Position numbers and translations under genes: made by a program. Shown piece by piece: positions 28,963 through 39,458 of a stretch of DNA of 64,000 nucleotides (its first letter is position 1; the number at the start of each line of letters is the position of its first letter). Origin of the DNA: a bacterium (lineage in GTDB: Bacteria; Patescibacteriota; Microgenomatia; Woykebacterales; RBG-16-39-9b); assembly GCA_030704665.1 (NCBI GenBank), contig JAUYID010000009.1, forward strand, positions 586,460 through 650,459, read 5' to 3'. The notes beneath the pieces are model-generated. The model was not told the DNA's origin. It did no database searches and saw nothing but the letters and a program-made list of their open reading frames with translations.

Positions 28963-29567
28963 AAAGACTTTTCTTAGCCTCAGTTTTTGCTGAATCAGCA
29001 GATAAATTTGTTGATGCATTTCACGATTCCCTTGAGAAAACAACGGTAGCCTTTATTCCCACTGCTGCTGACCCATATGAGGACAAATGGTTTGTTGATG
29101 TTGATAGAAAAGCACTGGAAGAGAGAGGTTACTTAGTGCAGGAGGTAGATTTGAAGAAAAAAGGTGAAGGTAACTTGAGAGAAGAAATGGGTAATGCCGG
29201 TATAATTTTTGTCTGTGGTGGAAATACTTTCTACCTGCTTGAAAAGGCTAGAGAATCAGGTTTTGATGAGGTTGTAAAAGAGTTTGTTGAAAAAGGGGTT
29301 ATCTATATTGGATCGAGTGCAGGGTCTGTGCTAGTAGGACCAGACATTGAACCAGTAGCGTGGATGGATGATCCCAGCAAAGCCAAATTAGATTCAACAA
29401 AAGGTTTTGGACTAGTAGACTTTGTTGCCCTGCCTCATTTTGGCAACAAGAAGTACATATCAAAATATGAAGAAATAATGGAAAAATATTCAGGAAAATA
29501 CGATTTGATCAAGCTAACTGATCAAGAAGCAGTTGTTGTGGAGGGTGGGAACCATAGGATCGTATGA
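28959..29567 (+). CDS. Peptidase E/S51 family protein
   Basis: FIPTAA, GGNTFYLL, GSSAG nucleophile and LPH. Confidence 0.9.
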   Translation: MKRLFLASVFAESADKFVDAFHDSLEKTTVAFIPTAADPYEDKWFVDVDRKALEERGYLVQEVDLKKKGEGNLREEMGNAGIIFVCGGNTFYLLEKARESGFDEVVKEFVEKGVIYIGSSAGSVLVGPDIEPVAWMDDPSKAKLDSTKGFGLVDFVALPHFGNKKYISKYEEIMEKYSGKYDLIKLTDQEAVVVEGGNHRIV

Positions 29568-29572
29568 AGTCC

Positions 29573-29971
29573 CTAAAGTGGGTAAAGCAAATATATAGGT
29601 TTTTCTGGTAGTCTCTGTCTAAACCCAGCTTCTCGTTTATCAACTGGAAAGTTAAGCCAAGGATCCATCCATCTTTTCCCCATTCTACATAAATAATGTC
29701 CTTCAGGGTATTTCTTAGACCTTCTCAGAAAGACCATTTCCCCTTCCTTGTAAATTCTCTTTCTTAGTTTGGGTTTGATGTAATTGTATTCGTACCTCAA
29801 CCCTTGGTTTGCGAGTACTTCAACGATTTCACGACAATAGAAACCTGTGTTCTGAGACTTTTTCTCACCCTCTCTAAACAGACTTAAAGCACTTTGATAA
29901 CCAATTTCTAAGATTGAGGCAACACAAGCTACGCCACAACCAAAGTCGTCTTCCTGTTTTATTGGTTTCAT
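29573..29971 (-). CDS. Peptidase C39-like protein
   Basis: KQEDDFGCGVAC, GHY and MDP (Cys-His-Asp). Confidence 0.7.
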   Translation of the reverse strand: MKPIKQEDDFGCGVACVASILEIGYQSALSLFREGEKKSQNTGFYCREIVEVLANQGLRYEYNYIKPKLRKRIYKEGEMVFLRRSKKYPEGHYLCRMGKRWMDPWLNFPVDKREAGFRQRLPEKPIYLLYPL

Positions 29972-30010
29972 AAAGGGATTGTAAGATTTATATATTTATT
30001 AACAAGAAGT

Positions 30011-30030
30011 AAAAAGCTGCCATTCTAGCA
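30011..30030 (+). repeat. 20-bp direct repeat, copy 2
   Basis: Identical to 28080-28099. Confidence 0.9.
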
Positions 30031-30089
30031 TTTTAATTATCAGCCGCTCAACTAGACAACCAAGAAAGCTTTCGGCTAAACTTAGGTGA

Positions 30090-31043
30090 ATGAAGCTAGC
30101 ACCGAAACTGGTCCGCATTTTAGGTTTTTCAGAAGAAAGCGAAAGCAACAAATTCCTCTATCTGATCTGCATCATTTATCTTGTGGCTCTGAGCCTTTTC
30201 ATGCTTTGGCATCGCATGTGGTTTTCCCCGGATCAATTTCTGATTGCAGCGGTGGTAGCAGCGCTTATTTTGGGAAAATTTGGTCAGTTTGTCAAAGATT
30301 GGGTGCCTTTCGTTCTCCTCTTTCTTGGCTATGAGGCCCTGCGTGGCCTCGCCCCGATTCTCAACAAAAACGTTCACATCACTGAAATGATCCAAGCTGA
30401 CAAATTTATCTTTGGTTTTTTACCCACGATCAGACTCCAAGAGCTTCTTTTCTACCCGGGCCAGCCACAATGGTACGACTTTGTGGCGATCATTCTCTAC
30501 ATGTCCCACTTCATCATGCCCATGGTAACAGCCTTTGTTTTTTGGCTGCTTGATAAAAAAACCTTCCGGGAGTTTACTTGGGCACTGATCATTCTTTCTT
30601 TCGCTGGTTTTATCACCTATGTACTCTATCCAGCCATGCCACCTTGGCTGGCTGCCAACCAAGGCTACCTACCCCCCTTGGAAAAAATTATGGACGCCAC
30701 TATCGCCAACCTCGCCAACCCTATTGCTCTACCAACCGTTTACAAGCTTTTCCGAGGCGATGAGGTCGCCGCCATGCCTTCGTTACACGCTGCCTACCCA
30801 ATTTTAATCGCTCTTTTCTTTGTGCGTAAATTTCGCCTCTCCGCCCTTTTGACTGTCCCCTATGTAGCGACCGTTTGGTTTGCGGTAGTTTACCTCGGAG
30901 AGCACTACGTCATTGACGTTATCTTTGGAGCGCTCTACGCCCTGATCGTCTTTTTGCTTGTCACAAAGAAAGACTACTTACTGTCTAAGCTAAGGGTACT
31001 AAAAAACGAAACAAGAGCCGAGACTAGCAAAGCTCAGACTTGA
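30090..31043 (+). CDS. PAP2/Aur1-like (inositol phosphorylceramide synthase-like) phosphoesterase
   Basis: YPAMPPW, AAMPSLHAA and YLGEHYVIDV. Confidence 0.85.
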   Translation: MKLAPKLVRILGFSEESESNKFLYLICIIYLVALSLFMLWHRMWFSPDQFLIAAVVAALILGKFGQFVKDWVPFVLLFLGYEALRGLAPILNKNVHITEMIQADKFIFGFLPTIRLQELLFYPGQPQWYDFVAIILYMSHFIMPMVTAFVFWLLDKKTFREFTWALIILSFAGFITYVLYPAMPPWLAANQGYLPPLEKIMDATIANLANPIALPTVYKLFRGDEVAAMPSLHAAYPILIALFFVRKFRLSALLTVPYVATVWFAVVYLGEHYVIDVIFGALYALIVFLLVTKKDYLLSKLRVLKNETRAETSKAQT

Positions 31044-31070
31044 AATTTAACTATTAGCCAAAATTTTGTT

Positions 31071-31466
31071 ATGATTGAAACTGTGATAGAAGATCACGCT
31101 CCTGCCAAACACTTCAACAGCATCCGTTTCGCGGTCGCTGGTCTGATTCATGTCTTCACAACTCAGAGAAACTTTCGCTTGCAGTCCATTTTGGGATTGT
31201 TGACTATTCTTCTCGCCCTCTTGTTTGACTTTGACCGAGTCGAGTGGATCATTCTTCTTTTGACCATTGGGCTAGTTTTAACCGCCGAAATTGCCAACAC
31301 TGTTTTGGAAACATTAGTTGACCTTTCGGTCACTCGCCTTCACCCCAAAGCAAAAATTGCCAAGGACTTGGCCGCCGCCGCTGTACTGATCATTGCCGTT
31401 TTTGCTGCCTTCATTGGCGCTTTTCTTTTTTGGCCCCACTTTTGGACTTTGCTCTGCAGCCTTTAG
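31071..31466 (+). CDS. dgkA: Diacylglycerol/undecaprenol kinase
   Basis: RNFRLQ, AEIANTVLETLVD and AKIAKDLAAAAV. Confidence 0.88.
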   Translation: MIETVIEDHAPAKHFNSIRFAVAGLIHVFTTQRNFRLQSILGLLTILLALLFDFDRVEWIILLLTIGLVLTAEIANTVLETLVDLSVTRLHPKAKIAKDLAAAAVLIIAVFAAFIGAFLFWPHFWTLLCSL

Positions 31467-31825
31467 AACTCGGAAACGTTTTCCAGTATTTCTACTCGTT
31501 TGACTTTGTTCTCTGCCGCAAACTCCATGGCGACTACATCTATTCTTTCAGACTCTGGTAGTCCGGGGTGGAGAGCTCGAAAATACTCCGCGGTTTTGAT
31601 GATTGAGGAAAGCTTCCTTTTTCCCACCGCCTCTTCCGGCAAACCAAATTCTGCACTCCAACGCGCCTTGACTTCAACAAAAACAAGGCAATCTTCTTTG
31701 CTAGCAACAATATCGATTTCTCCAAAACGGGAGTGAAAATTGCGCGCGATCACTTTGTAACCCTTCTTCGTAAGAAATTTGCTTGCCAGATCCTCAGCGA
31801 ATTTGCCTGTGCTAGTTTTGGACAT
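31463..31825 (-). CDS. YraN family (UPF0102) endonuclease-like protein
   Basis: GEIDIVA, LVFVEVKAR and RIDVV. Confidence 0.92.
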   Translation of the reverse strand: MSKTSTGKFAEDLASKFLTKKGYKVIARNFHSRFGEIDIVASKEDCLVFVEVKARWSAEFGLPEEAVGKRKLSSIIKTAEYFRALHPGLPESERIDVVAMEFAAENKVKRVEILENVSEF

Positions 31826-32459
31826 TGGCAGATAGCTCTGGTTCTGATAAATAGGCCCTGAGGTCGAAACTAAGACGGTGAACCGAGGAAAGGGAGTGTT
31901 TTTGGAGAGCCTCTTGGTGGAATTTGGTCCCATAACCTTTGTTTTTCCCAAAACCGTAGTCTGGAAAACTTCTGTGGAGTTTTCTCAACAAGCGGTCACG
32001 GTAAACTTTGGCAATGATCGAAGCAGCAGCAATTGAAGCTGAAAGCCTGTCCCCATGAATAATCGGCAACTGTTTTTCTTTTCGAATCCGCTTGATATAA
32101 AAAGCATCGACCAGAAAAAAATCAGGGACAACCTTTAACGACTGGACTGAGAGACGGAAGGATTTTTGGGCGGCTTTGCCAATTCCAAAACGGTTGATGT
32201 AGTCAACTTCGACAACCCCAATGGCTGTTGCCGCTGCACTGGCATAAATTTCTTTGGCGAGCTCCTCTCGAAGTTTGGAATTAATAATTTTTGAATCAAA
32301 AAGTTCTCTGGGGAATTGACAAAATTTGGGGAAAACAACCGCTGCACTGACAACTGGTCCAGCCCAAGCACCACGTCCCACTTCATCCACACCAGCAACA
32401 AATTCAAAACCTTTTTCCCAAAGAGATTGTTCGTGCTGCCAATTCGCAGCTCCGGGCAT
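31812..32459 (-). CDS. rnhB: Ribonuclease HII
   Basis: [30 protein letters not shown] and NKGYGT. Confidence 0.97.
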   Translation of the reverse strand: MPGAANWQHEQSLWEKGFEFVAGVDEVGRGAWAGPVVSAAVVFPKFCQFPRELFDSKIINSKLREELAKEIYASAAATAIGVVEVDYINRFGIGKAAQKSFRLSVQSLKVVPDFFLVDAFYIKRIRKEKQLPIIHGDRLSASIAAASIIAKVYRDRLLRKLHRSFPDYGFGKNKGYGTKFHQEALQKHSLSSVHRLSFDLRAYLSEPELSANVQN

Positions 32460-32463
32460 AAAA

Positions 32464-32760
32464 TTAGACTCCTAGTGCGGCTTTTCCAGTCAGCTTGCGC
32501 AGATAAAAAAGTTTAGCTCTTTTTACTTTTGGTGTTTTCTTGACGGTGATTTTGGCGATTGTTGGGCTCCCGACCGGCCAAATTCTTTCGACACCAACTC
32601 CATCGCTAGCAATTTTTCGGACCGTAAAGGTCTTGGAATTACCTTCACCGCGCATTGAGATGACAGTTCCTTCAAAACTTTGAATTCTTTCTTTGCCACC
32701 CTCTTTAACTTTGGCGTCGACTCGGATACGATTGCCGACTGCAAACTGTGTTTGTTCCAT
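32464..32760 (-). CDS. rplS: 50S ribosomal protein L19
   Basis: [17 protein letters not shown] and [11 protein letters not shown]. Confidence 0.97.
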   Translation of the reverse strand: MEQTQFAVGNRIRVDAKVKEGGKERIQSFEGTVISMRGEGNSKTFTVRKIASDGVGVERIWPVGSPTIAKITVKKTPKVKRAKLFYLRKLTGKAALGV

Positions 32761-32803
32761 ATTCGGTTGCCTATTCTAAGCTAGGGGTAGATTTTTGTCA
32801 AAT

Positions 32804-33055
32804 CTAAACTCCGCCAACCAAGAGCGAGAAAAGAACTACAAAAACCAAAAGACTTAAGGCGAGATATTCCCAAATTATTTTCGAATTTAAATTTCTTTCC
32901 TCAAGGTGATGAAAAATTCCAAAAGCAAAGTAGAGGGCTGAAATTGCAATAATCAGAACTGATTTTAAGGCTCTGGCCGGAACAATGTAGGCAGCCACCA
33001 AAAGCCCAAGGATTGAAATTGTCAAAAAACTGTATTGGACGACTCTTTTTGACAT
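32804..33055 (-). CDS. Small membrane protein
   Basis: Three hydrophobic segments; GIFHH...EY. Confidence 0.7.
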   Translation of the reverse strand: MSKRVVQYSFLTISILGLLVAAYIVPARALKSVLIIAISALYFAFGIFHHLEERNLNSKIIWEYLALSLLVFVVLFSLLVGGV

Positions 33056-34012
33056 CTAAATTAATTTTCCTTTCGAAGTCACCAAAATACTGACGATCAA
33101 TATCCCAATAACAATAGCATGAACCAGAGAATGGCTACCAGAACGTCTCACTCCCTTGCGATAGATAATAAAGGAATCAACCAGAAAGACACTAAAAAGG
33201 CTGAACAAAAGGAGGAGCTCAGCTTTCGCCGCCCAGGGAAGACCATCTAGTTTTTGCAAAACCCCGACTCCAGCGCTGAAAGATCCAGAAACCTTGGTGA
33301 CAGCGGCGGCAGTGCTTTCTTTCACTTTGCCAGAATTTTTGTTGTTTAAAATCACTTTGTCAGAAACTGACTGAGGAGTAGCTTTCGGTATTACTTCTCC
33401 AGAGCCAGTTGAAGAACTGACAGCGGTTGAACGGGCGAAGAGTTGAACCACCAAGGTAGTTTGTTCTCCTTGCAAACTTCCATTAACCACCGCAACTCCA
33501 ATTTCAGTGTAATTTTTGTTGAGCAAATTTTCTTTGTGTGAAGGACTATTCATCCAGCCTTGGACAACACCTTCTGAGGTTTGAAAATCACGGGCGAGAT
33601 TTTCCCCGGCTGCACTGTATTTGTAGCCGACAATATCAAAAAAATGCCAAGGGGAAGTTCCGTCGGGAGCAAAATGAGCCCAGTAATCTTTTGCAAACAT
33701 ATCCGCCGCTTTTTTTTGGGCGGCTTGGTCTAGCAGGGCGCTTTCTTTCAAGCCTCTGACTCCGTTGCTTATTCTCTGCTCGTTGGTCAAACTAATAACT
33801 TCATTTTGGTAAATATTGGTGGCAAAGCCCAAAACGCGAATTTCACCCGCACTTAAATTGGACAGAAACTGAGTTCCAACCACGAGACCTGTAGCTAGAA
33901 ATAAAGAGAAGTGACGGATCAGCAAAGGGTGGTTCTCGTTGCGCTGGTGTGGGATAAGCAGTTGAGCTAAAGTTTCACCAAACCCAAATTTTTTTCTTCT
34001 CCAGGCAAGCAT
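33056..34012 (-). CDS. CAP (SCP) domain membrane protein
   Basis: YWAHFAP, AGENLA, WMNSPSHKENLL and EIGVAV. Confidence 0.9.
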   Translation of the reverse strand: MLAWRRKKFGFGETLAQLLIPHQRNENHPLLIRHFSLFLATGLVVGTQFLSNLSAGEIRVLGFATNIYQNEVISLTNEQRISNGVRGLKESALLDQAAQKKAADMFAKDYWAHFAPDGTSPWHFFDIVGYKYSAAGENLARDFQTSEGVVQGWMNSPSHKENLLNKNYTEIGVAVVNGSLQGEQTTLVVQLFARSTAVSSSTGSGEVIPKATPQSVSDKVILNNKNSGKVKESTAAAVTKVSGSFSAGVGVLQKLDGLPWAAKAELLLLFSLFSVFLVDSFIIYRKGVRRSGSHSLVHAIVIGILIVSILVTSKGKLI

Positions 34013-34089
34013 ACGTTTATTATAAGTTTAATAAGGGCGAGAGGCAATCGTTTCTGCGCAGTAAAACAGGCTTGGGTCGGTCAACTTAG

Positions 34090-35883
34090 TTATTTTTCCC
34101 AACAATCGGAAATGTGAATATCGACTTTGATAGGAACTTCTTTGAGGAGTTTTTGCCCACCTTCAACCATTTTCTCTTCAACTATCTTTGCCACCTCATC
34201 AACAATGTCTTCCCTAGCCTCAACGACAATTTCATCATGCACCGTGTGAATCATGTAGGCATCAAGCTTTCTGTCCTTAATTTCTTTGTACATGTAGACC
34301 AAAGCGTATTTGGTAATATCGGCACTGGTTCCTTGAATTGGGGTATTTTTTCCCTGTCGCTCAATCGAACCAAGAAGTCTTTGATACTCCGGATCGGTTT
34401 TGTCGGGAAGAGTAAACCGTCGTTTTCTTCCCCCAAGGGTTCGGACGTAGCCAACTCGAATTGACTCTCGACCAACCCGATCCATCCAACGCTTGACTCC
34501 TTTGTAGGTACTAAAATAAACATCAAGAAGTTTTTTTGACTCATCCACCGAGAGACCAATTTGGCTACTCAAGGAAGCCGGTCCTCGTCCGTACATCAGA
34601 CCGAAATTGATTGATTTAGCTTGGAATCTCTTGTCCTTATCAACTTGGTCCTGAGGAATACGAAACATTTGGGAGGCGGTCAGAGTGTGAAGGTCGACGT
34701 CTTTACGAAAAGCCTCCAAAAAAACCGGGTCCTCGCTGACCTCGGCCATGATTCTCAATTCAATTTGTGAGTAATCGGCTGTAATCAATTTGTAACCTTC
34801 AGTGGCGATAAAACAGCTTCTGAAGCCACTATCAGCTGGTATTTGTTGGAGGTTTGGGTTGTTGCAAGCAAATCGACCAGTGTCAGCTCCCAGCTGAATG
34901 AAATCAGGGTGAAGACGGTTGGTGACGGGGTTAATTTTCTCTAGAATCGATTCTCCAAAGGCAGTGATCAATTTTTCGTGAGCTCGATACTCGCGAATCT
35001 TTTTTGCCAAAGGGTGGGCGGTTTTCTGCAAAGTTGCATCCGAAGTATTGGGAAGATCAACCCCGATTTTTTTGAAAATCGCCAAGAGCTGTATCGGGCT
35101 ATCCAGGTTGACTGTATCCTCAACATTACCAAAAAGATCAACTTGAGAATAAGGGCTGAGATGGCGCAACTCGTCCTGGATTTCTTTGTTGATCTTGTCT
35201 CTTTTTTCCTCAAGCTCGGCGATATGGGCGCGCCATTTTTTCTGATCAATGAGTGAGCCTCTCAATTCCATTTCCGCTACTACTGGAATGACACTAAACT
35301 CCAGTTTTGCAGTTTCAATCAGATCTTCCTGCTGGAGTGCTTTGGTTTGCTTACGAAAAATTTCGTGGAGAATTTGGGCATCTCGCGCCGCGTAAAGAAG
35401 CTGTTCTCCTGAAAAATTACCTCTTAGAGAGGGGTTGGCTGGATCAATAAAACTTTCTCTGATCGTTTTGTCGAGTTTGACACCAGCGTATTTTTCAGCC
35501 AGAGTCTTCAAAGAAATCTCCCGAGAAACACCGTTGGTCAAAATGCGCTCGGCCAGCATCGTATCAAACATCAGGCCTAGGCTAATTCCGGATTGGACTT
35601 TCAACATAGCGTAGTCAAACTTGGCGTTTTGTGCGAGTTTCAAGGGCCGATCTGCTTCGAGCACGGTTTTTAGCGGGGAAAGATCGACTTTGGAACAATC
35701 AATTACGTAAGCGTGCTCCGGTGTAGCGATTTGTACGAGTAACAACTTAGAACGAAAAGGGTCGAGCAAAGTTCCTTCCGTATCCAAACCAATGACTTGC
35801 TGCTTCTCGAGTTCCGGGATGATTTTCAGCAGCTCTTCTTGGGTTTTAATAAAATCAAATTTAGTTTCGGTCAGAGTTTCCAT
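34090..35883 (-). CDS. polA: DNA polymerase I (3'-5' exonuclease plus polymerase; no 5'-3' nuclease)
   Basis: LDTE exo I, NPNLQQIP, ADYSQIELR, AKSINFGLMYG and VHDE. Confidence 0.93.
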   Translation of the reverse strand: METLTETKFDFIKTQEELLKIIPELEKQQVIGLDTEGTLLDPFRSKLLLVQIATPEHAYVIDCSKVDLSPLKTVLEADRPLKLAQNAKFDYAMLKVQSGISLGLMFDTMLAERILTNGVSREISLKTLAEKYAGVKLDKTIRESFIDPANPSLRGNFSGEQLLYAARDAQILHEIFRKQTKALQQEDLIETAKLEFSVIPVVAEMELRGSLIDQKKWRAHIAELEEKRDKINKEIQDELRHLSPYSQVDLFGNVEDTVNLDSPIQLLAIFKKIGVDLPNTSDATLQKTAHPLAKKIREYRAHEKLITAFGESILEKINPVTNRLHPDFIQLGADTGRFACNNPNLQQIPADSGFRSCFIATEGYKLITADYSQIELRIMAEVSEDPVFLEAFRKDVDLHTLTASQMFRIPQDQVDKDKRFQAKSINFGLMYGRGPASLSSQIGLSVDESKKLLDVYFSTYKGVKRWMDRVGRESIRVGYVRTLGGRKRRFTLPDKTDPEYQRLLGSIERQGKNTPIQGTSADITKYALVYMYKEIKDRKLDAYMIHTVHDEIVVEAREDIVDEVAKIVEEKMVEGGQKLLKEVPIKVDIHISDCWEK

Positions 35884-37344
35884 TTAGGACAGCTTTTCTT
35901 TTAAGAGCTCCGCTGCTAAACCCGGGTCTGCTTTTCCTTTAGCTTGCCTCATCACTTGGCCTAGCAAAAAGCTAAAACTCGCAGTTTTTCCAGCTTTAAA
36001 ATCGTCAACTGCTTTTTGGTTTGTTTTCAATGTTGAGACAACGATATCTGCAAGCTCTTCTTTATTACCCAGGGTAGACAGATCTTCCTCTTCAACGATC
36101 TTTCTGGGCATCTCGCCGCTGACAAACATTTTTTCCAAAACCTCTTTGGCAGAGGCGGCAGTGATACTTCCATTATCAATCATGAAGAGTAGTTCGACAA
36201 GAGCGGCCGGCTCGAAACTGATTGAGGAAAGGTCTTTCCCTGAATTTTTCAAGTTCCTAGCTATTTCCCCATTCATCCAATTAGCAACAATCTTGGCTCG
36301 ACTGGATTCTATTTTCTCCTCTTTATTAGCCCGTGCATAGTCTTTAACCGCTTGCTCAAACCAATCTGCCTGCTCAAAACTCTCCGTCAGCAGACTCGCG
36401 TCGTAGTCAGACAAAGCGTAAGCCTCGACAAAGCGTGCTTTTTTTTCTGCCGGCATCTCAGGCAGTTGGCGACGAATTTTTTCTACATAATCTTTTGAAA
36501 AGGTAAGCGGTGGCAAATCTGGTTCGGGAAAATAGCGGTAGTCAGGGGAACCTTCTTTGCTGCGCTGGGATTTAGTTTCACCGCTTGTCTCGTCCCAACC
36601 CCGTGTTTCTTGACTTATTTTTTCTCCTTTTTCAAGCAGTTTCAGCTGCCTTGAAATCTCAAAGAAGAGGGCTTTCTCCAAATAACTAAAGGAGTTTATG
36701 TTCTTGATTTCGACTTTTGTCCCGTATTCTTTTTGCCCTTTTGGGCGCAAGGAAATATTGGCATCGAAGCGCATGCCTGCTTTTTCCATATCGGCATCAG
36801 CTACTCCCAAATAGCGCAGGGTCTGATGCAATGTTTTCGCATAAAGTTTTGCTTCCTCCGGTGAAGATAGATCTGGCTCAGTCACAATCTCAAGCAGCGG
36901 CACTCCACAACGGTTGAAATCGACCAAACTTGCTTTTTCCCCATCAACAGTCGCATGGGTCAGTTTACCGGTGTCTTCTTCCATATGAGCTCGGTTAATG
37001 CGAATTTTTTTGTTGTTAACAAGAAACCAACCATTGATGGAGATGGGCAACTCGAGTTGAGAAATTTGAAAACCTTTAGCAAGGTCTGGATAAAAATAGT
37101 TCTTGCGGTCAAACCTGCTTAAGAGATTGATCTGACAATTGAGGGCCAAACCAATTTTTACTGCGCTCTCAATTGCCTTTTCATTGATGACTGGCAACGC
37201 ACCCGGAAGACCCAAACAAACCGGACAAGTGTGGCTGTTGGGAGTATTTCCAAAGTACTGTGCCGAAGTTCGACAAAACATCTTCGACTCTGTTTTGAGC
37301 TGAACATGTGTTTCCAAACCAATGACAATATCGTATTCCTTCAT
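35884..37344 (-). CDS. gatB: Asp/Glu-tRNA amidotransferase subunit B
   Basis: GLETHVQL, FDRKNYFYPDL and YRYFPEPDL. Confidence 0.98.
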   Translation of the reverse strand: MKEYDIVIGLETHVQLKTESKMFCRTSAQYFGNTPNSHTCPVCLGLPGALPVINEKAIESAVKIGLALNCQINLLSRFDRKNYFYPDLAKGFQISQLELPISINGWFLVNNKKIRINRAHMEEDTGKLTHATVDGEKASLVDFNRCGVPLLEIVTEPDLSSPEEAKLYAKTLHQTLRYLGVADADMEKAGMRFDANISLRPKGQKEYGTKVEIKNINSFSYLEKALFFEISRQLKLLEKGEKISQETRGWDETSGETKSQRSKEGSPDYRYFPEPDLPPLTFSKDYVEKIRRQLPEMPAEKKARFVEAYALSDYDASLLTESFEQADWFEQAVKDYARANKEEKIESSRAKIVANWMNGEIARNLKNSGKDLSSISFEPAALVELLFMIDNGSITAASAKEVLEKMFVSGEMPRKIVEEEDLSTLGNKEELADIVVSTLKTNQKAVDDFKAGKTASFSFLLGQVMRQAKGKADPGLAAELLKEKLS

Positions 37345-37742
37345 AGAGACGCTCCAAGGACAAGCAACCCAGCTTTGATCTTTTCCGCGGTTGCAGCTGC
37401 CTCAACTACTGGCATTTCAAAATTCAGGTTGTGAACCATTTCGTTACGCACTTTGTGCGCAAACCAAACTTGGTCGTATATCTCACGTTTGTATTTAAAA
37501 ATCTCGCGCGCGAGCTTCAACCTTTCGCCGGTCGCAGTTAGTCCCGGATAGAGGCGGTCGAGAGCATAATCAAGAACTTTATCAGCTTCGAGGACAGCTT
37601 GTCTTCTCGAAGAAGGGTTGTTGGCCGCTAAAAGATCTTCAATGTTCTTCCACCGACCCTTGAGAACCTCTTGATCATAGGTTGACAAATAGCCTCTTTT
37701 TACAACTGCCGCTTTTGATTTCAGAAAATCAAAAAATCCCAT
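37341..37742 (-). CDS. Hypothetical protein within the gat operon
   Basis: AVLEADKVLD...GERLK...WFAHKVRNEMVH. Confidence 0.75.
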   Translation of the reverse strand: MGFFDFLKSKAAVVKRGYLSTYDQEVLKGRWKNIEDLLAANNPSSRRQAVLEADKVLDYALDRLYPGLTATGERLKLAREIFKYKREIYDQVWFAHKVRNEMVHNLNFEMPVVEAAATAEKIKAGLLVLGASL

Positions 37743-37746
37743 TTTT

Positions 37747-39165
37747 TTATTCAAGCTCCGGCTTTTGTTTGTAATAAGCTGTTTCTTGTTCAAAGGCGTG
37801 AGCCAGTTTCAGTATTTTTTCCTCTTCCCAGTGGGCCGCCTGCAGCTGTAAACCTACCGGCAGGCCAGAGGTAAAGCCGGCTGGGACTGAAAGGGCTGGA
37901 ATTCCAACTAAATTCGCGGTTACAGTGTAGATATCGGCCAGATACATACTCAGCGGGTCGTGGCTTCTCTCTCCAAATTTAAACGGCAAAACCGGGCTAG
38001 TCGGGCCTGCAATGATGTCAACCTTTTTGAAAACTTCTTGGAACTGCTCAAAAAGGACTCGACGCACTTTGGCAGCTTTGAGATAATAGGCATCATAATA
38101 ACCCGAGGAAAGGGCATAAGTTCCGAGCATAATCCGGCGCTTTACTTCCGGACCAAAATTCTCTCGCCCTTTTCCAAAACGAATTCCGTCGTAACGAGCC
38201 ATGTTGGCACTGACCTCAGAAGGCATGATCAAATAATAAATTCCAATCGCTTCCTTAGTTGCAGGTAGACTAACTTCCACTAGATCAGCGCCCAATTTTT
38301 CTATTTTTTTCAAAGCCGACTCAACGACATTTTTTACTTCAGTCTGCAAACCCTCCCCGAAAAATTCTTTTGGAACACCCACTTTCAAACCTTTAATTGA
38401 GGAAGCAAGATTTTTGCTGAAATCAGGTAGTTGTTTTTTCGCGCTTGTTGAATCGTACTTGTCATAACCACCGATTATGTTTAGCACCAGTGCTGCATCC
38501 TCAACAGTTTTCGTGATTGGTCCCACTTGGTCGAGCGAAGAAGCCATTGCTAGGACTCCATATCGGCTCACTCGTCCGTAGGTTGGTTTAAGCCCAACCA
38601 AGTTACAAAACGATGCTGGCTGACGAATACTACCACCGGTGTCTGTCCCAAGCGCAAAAACTGCCTGCTCTGTTGCAACAGCCGCCGCCGAGCCTCCACT
38701 TGACCCTCCTGGAACTTTCTCAAAATCCCAAGGATTGACTGTTTTACCCAAAGCTGAGTTTTCGGTTGAACCACCCATGGCAAACTCATCCAAATTTGTT
38801 TTTCCAAGCAAAACTGCGTGCACTTGCTCCAGTCGTGCGTAAGCAGTTGAGTTGTAAACCGGAATATAGTCTTCAAGAATTTTGGAGGCAGCAGTGGTCC
38901 GGATACCCTTGGTACTGATGATGTCTTTGACTGCAGCTGGAACACCGGTTAACCAACAAACTAGACCCTTATCCTTGCGAAGTTGGTCTGCCTTTTTGGC
39001 TTGTTCTAGGGCCAGCTCCTCGCTAACAGTCAAATAAGCCCCAATTTTTTTATCGAGCTTGGAAATTTTTTCCAGATGGTCTTTGGTGATTTCCAACGAG
39101 GTGAAGTCTCTTTTGTTTAAACCTTCTTCGACTTGTTTGATTGTCAAATTGGTTAAATTACTCAT
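37747..39165 (-). CDS. gatA: Asp/Glu-tRNA amidotransferase subunit A
   Basis: GGSSGGSAAAV, DTGGSIRQPA and RRIMLGTYALSSGYYDAYY. Confidence 0.98.
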   Translation of the reverse strand: MSNLTNLTIKQVEEGLNKRDFTSLEITKDHLEKISKLDKKIGAYLTVSEELALEQAKKADQLRKDKGLVCWLTGVPAAVKDIISTKGIRTTAASKILEDYIPVYNSTAYARLEQVHAVLLGKTNLDEFAMGGSTENSALGKTVNPWDFEKVPGGSSGGSAAAVATEQAVFALGTDTGGSIRQPASFCNLVGLKPTYGRVSRYGVLAMASSLDQVGPITKTVEDAALVLNIIGGYDKYDSTSAKKQLPDFSKNLASSIKGLKVGVPKEFFGEGLQTEVKNVVESALKKIEKLGADLVEVSLPATKEAIGIYYLIMPSEVSANMARYDGIRFGKGRENFGPEVKRRIMLGTYALSSGYYDAYYLKAAKVRRVLFEQFQEVFKKVDIIAGPTSPVLPFKFGERSHDPLSMYLADIYTVTANLVGIPALSVPAGFTSGLPVGLQLQAAHWEEEKILKLAHAFEQETAYYKQKPELE

Positions 39166-39166
39166 T

Positions 39167-39457
39167 CTAAAGTACCGCTTTTACTTTGAAAAAGCCGTTG
39201 TGGGTCTCCTTGGAGTTTGCTAAAGCTTCTTCTTGGGTTAAACCAGGCTCCACCTCATCTTCAGCTAAAATATCCTCTAAGCCGGTTATATTGGTTATCG
39301 GTTCTATCTTGTTCGTGTCTACCTTTTTTAACTCACCCATATTGTAATCAATCACTTCGGAGAGTTGCTGGGTGTAAAGCTCAATTTCTTTTTCCGAAAG
39401 GGAAAGACTAGCCAGTTTAGCTACGTGTTTTACATCTTCTTGACTAATTTTTTCCAT
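39167..39457 (-). CDS. gatC: Asp/Glu-tRNA amidotransferase subunit C
   Basis: VKHVAKLASL and FFKVKAVL; operon position. Confidence 0.93.
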   Translation of the reverse strand: MEKISQEDVKHVAKLASLSLSEKEIELYTQQLSEVIDYNMGELKKVDTNKIEPITNITGLEDILAEDEVEPGLTQEEALANSKETHNGFFKVKAVL

Positions 39458-39458
39458 T

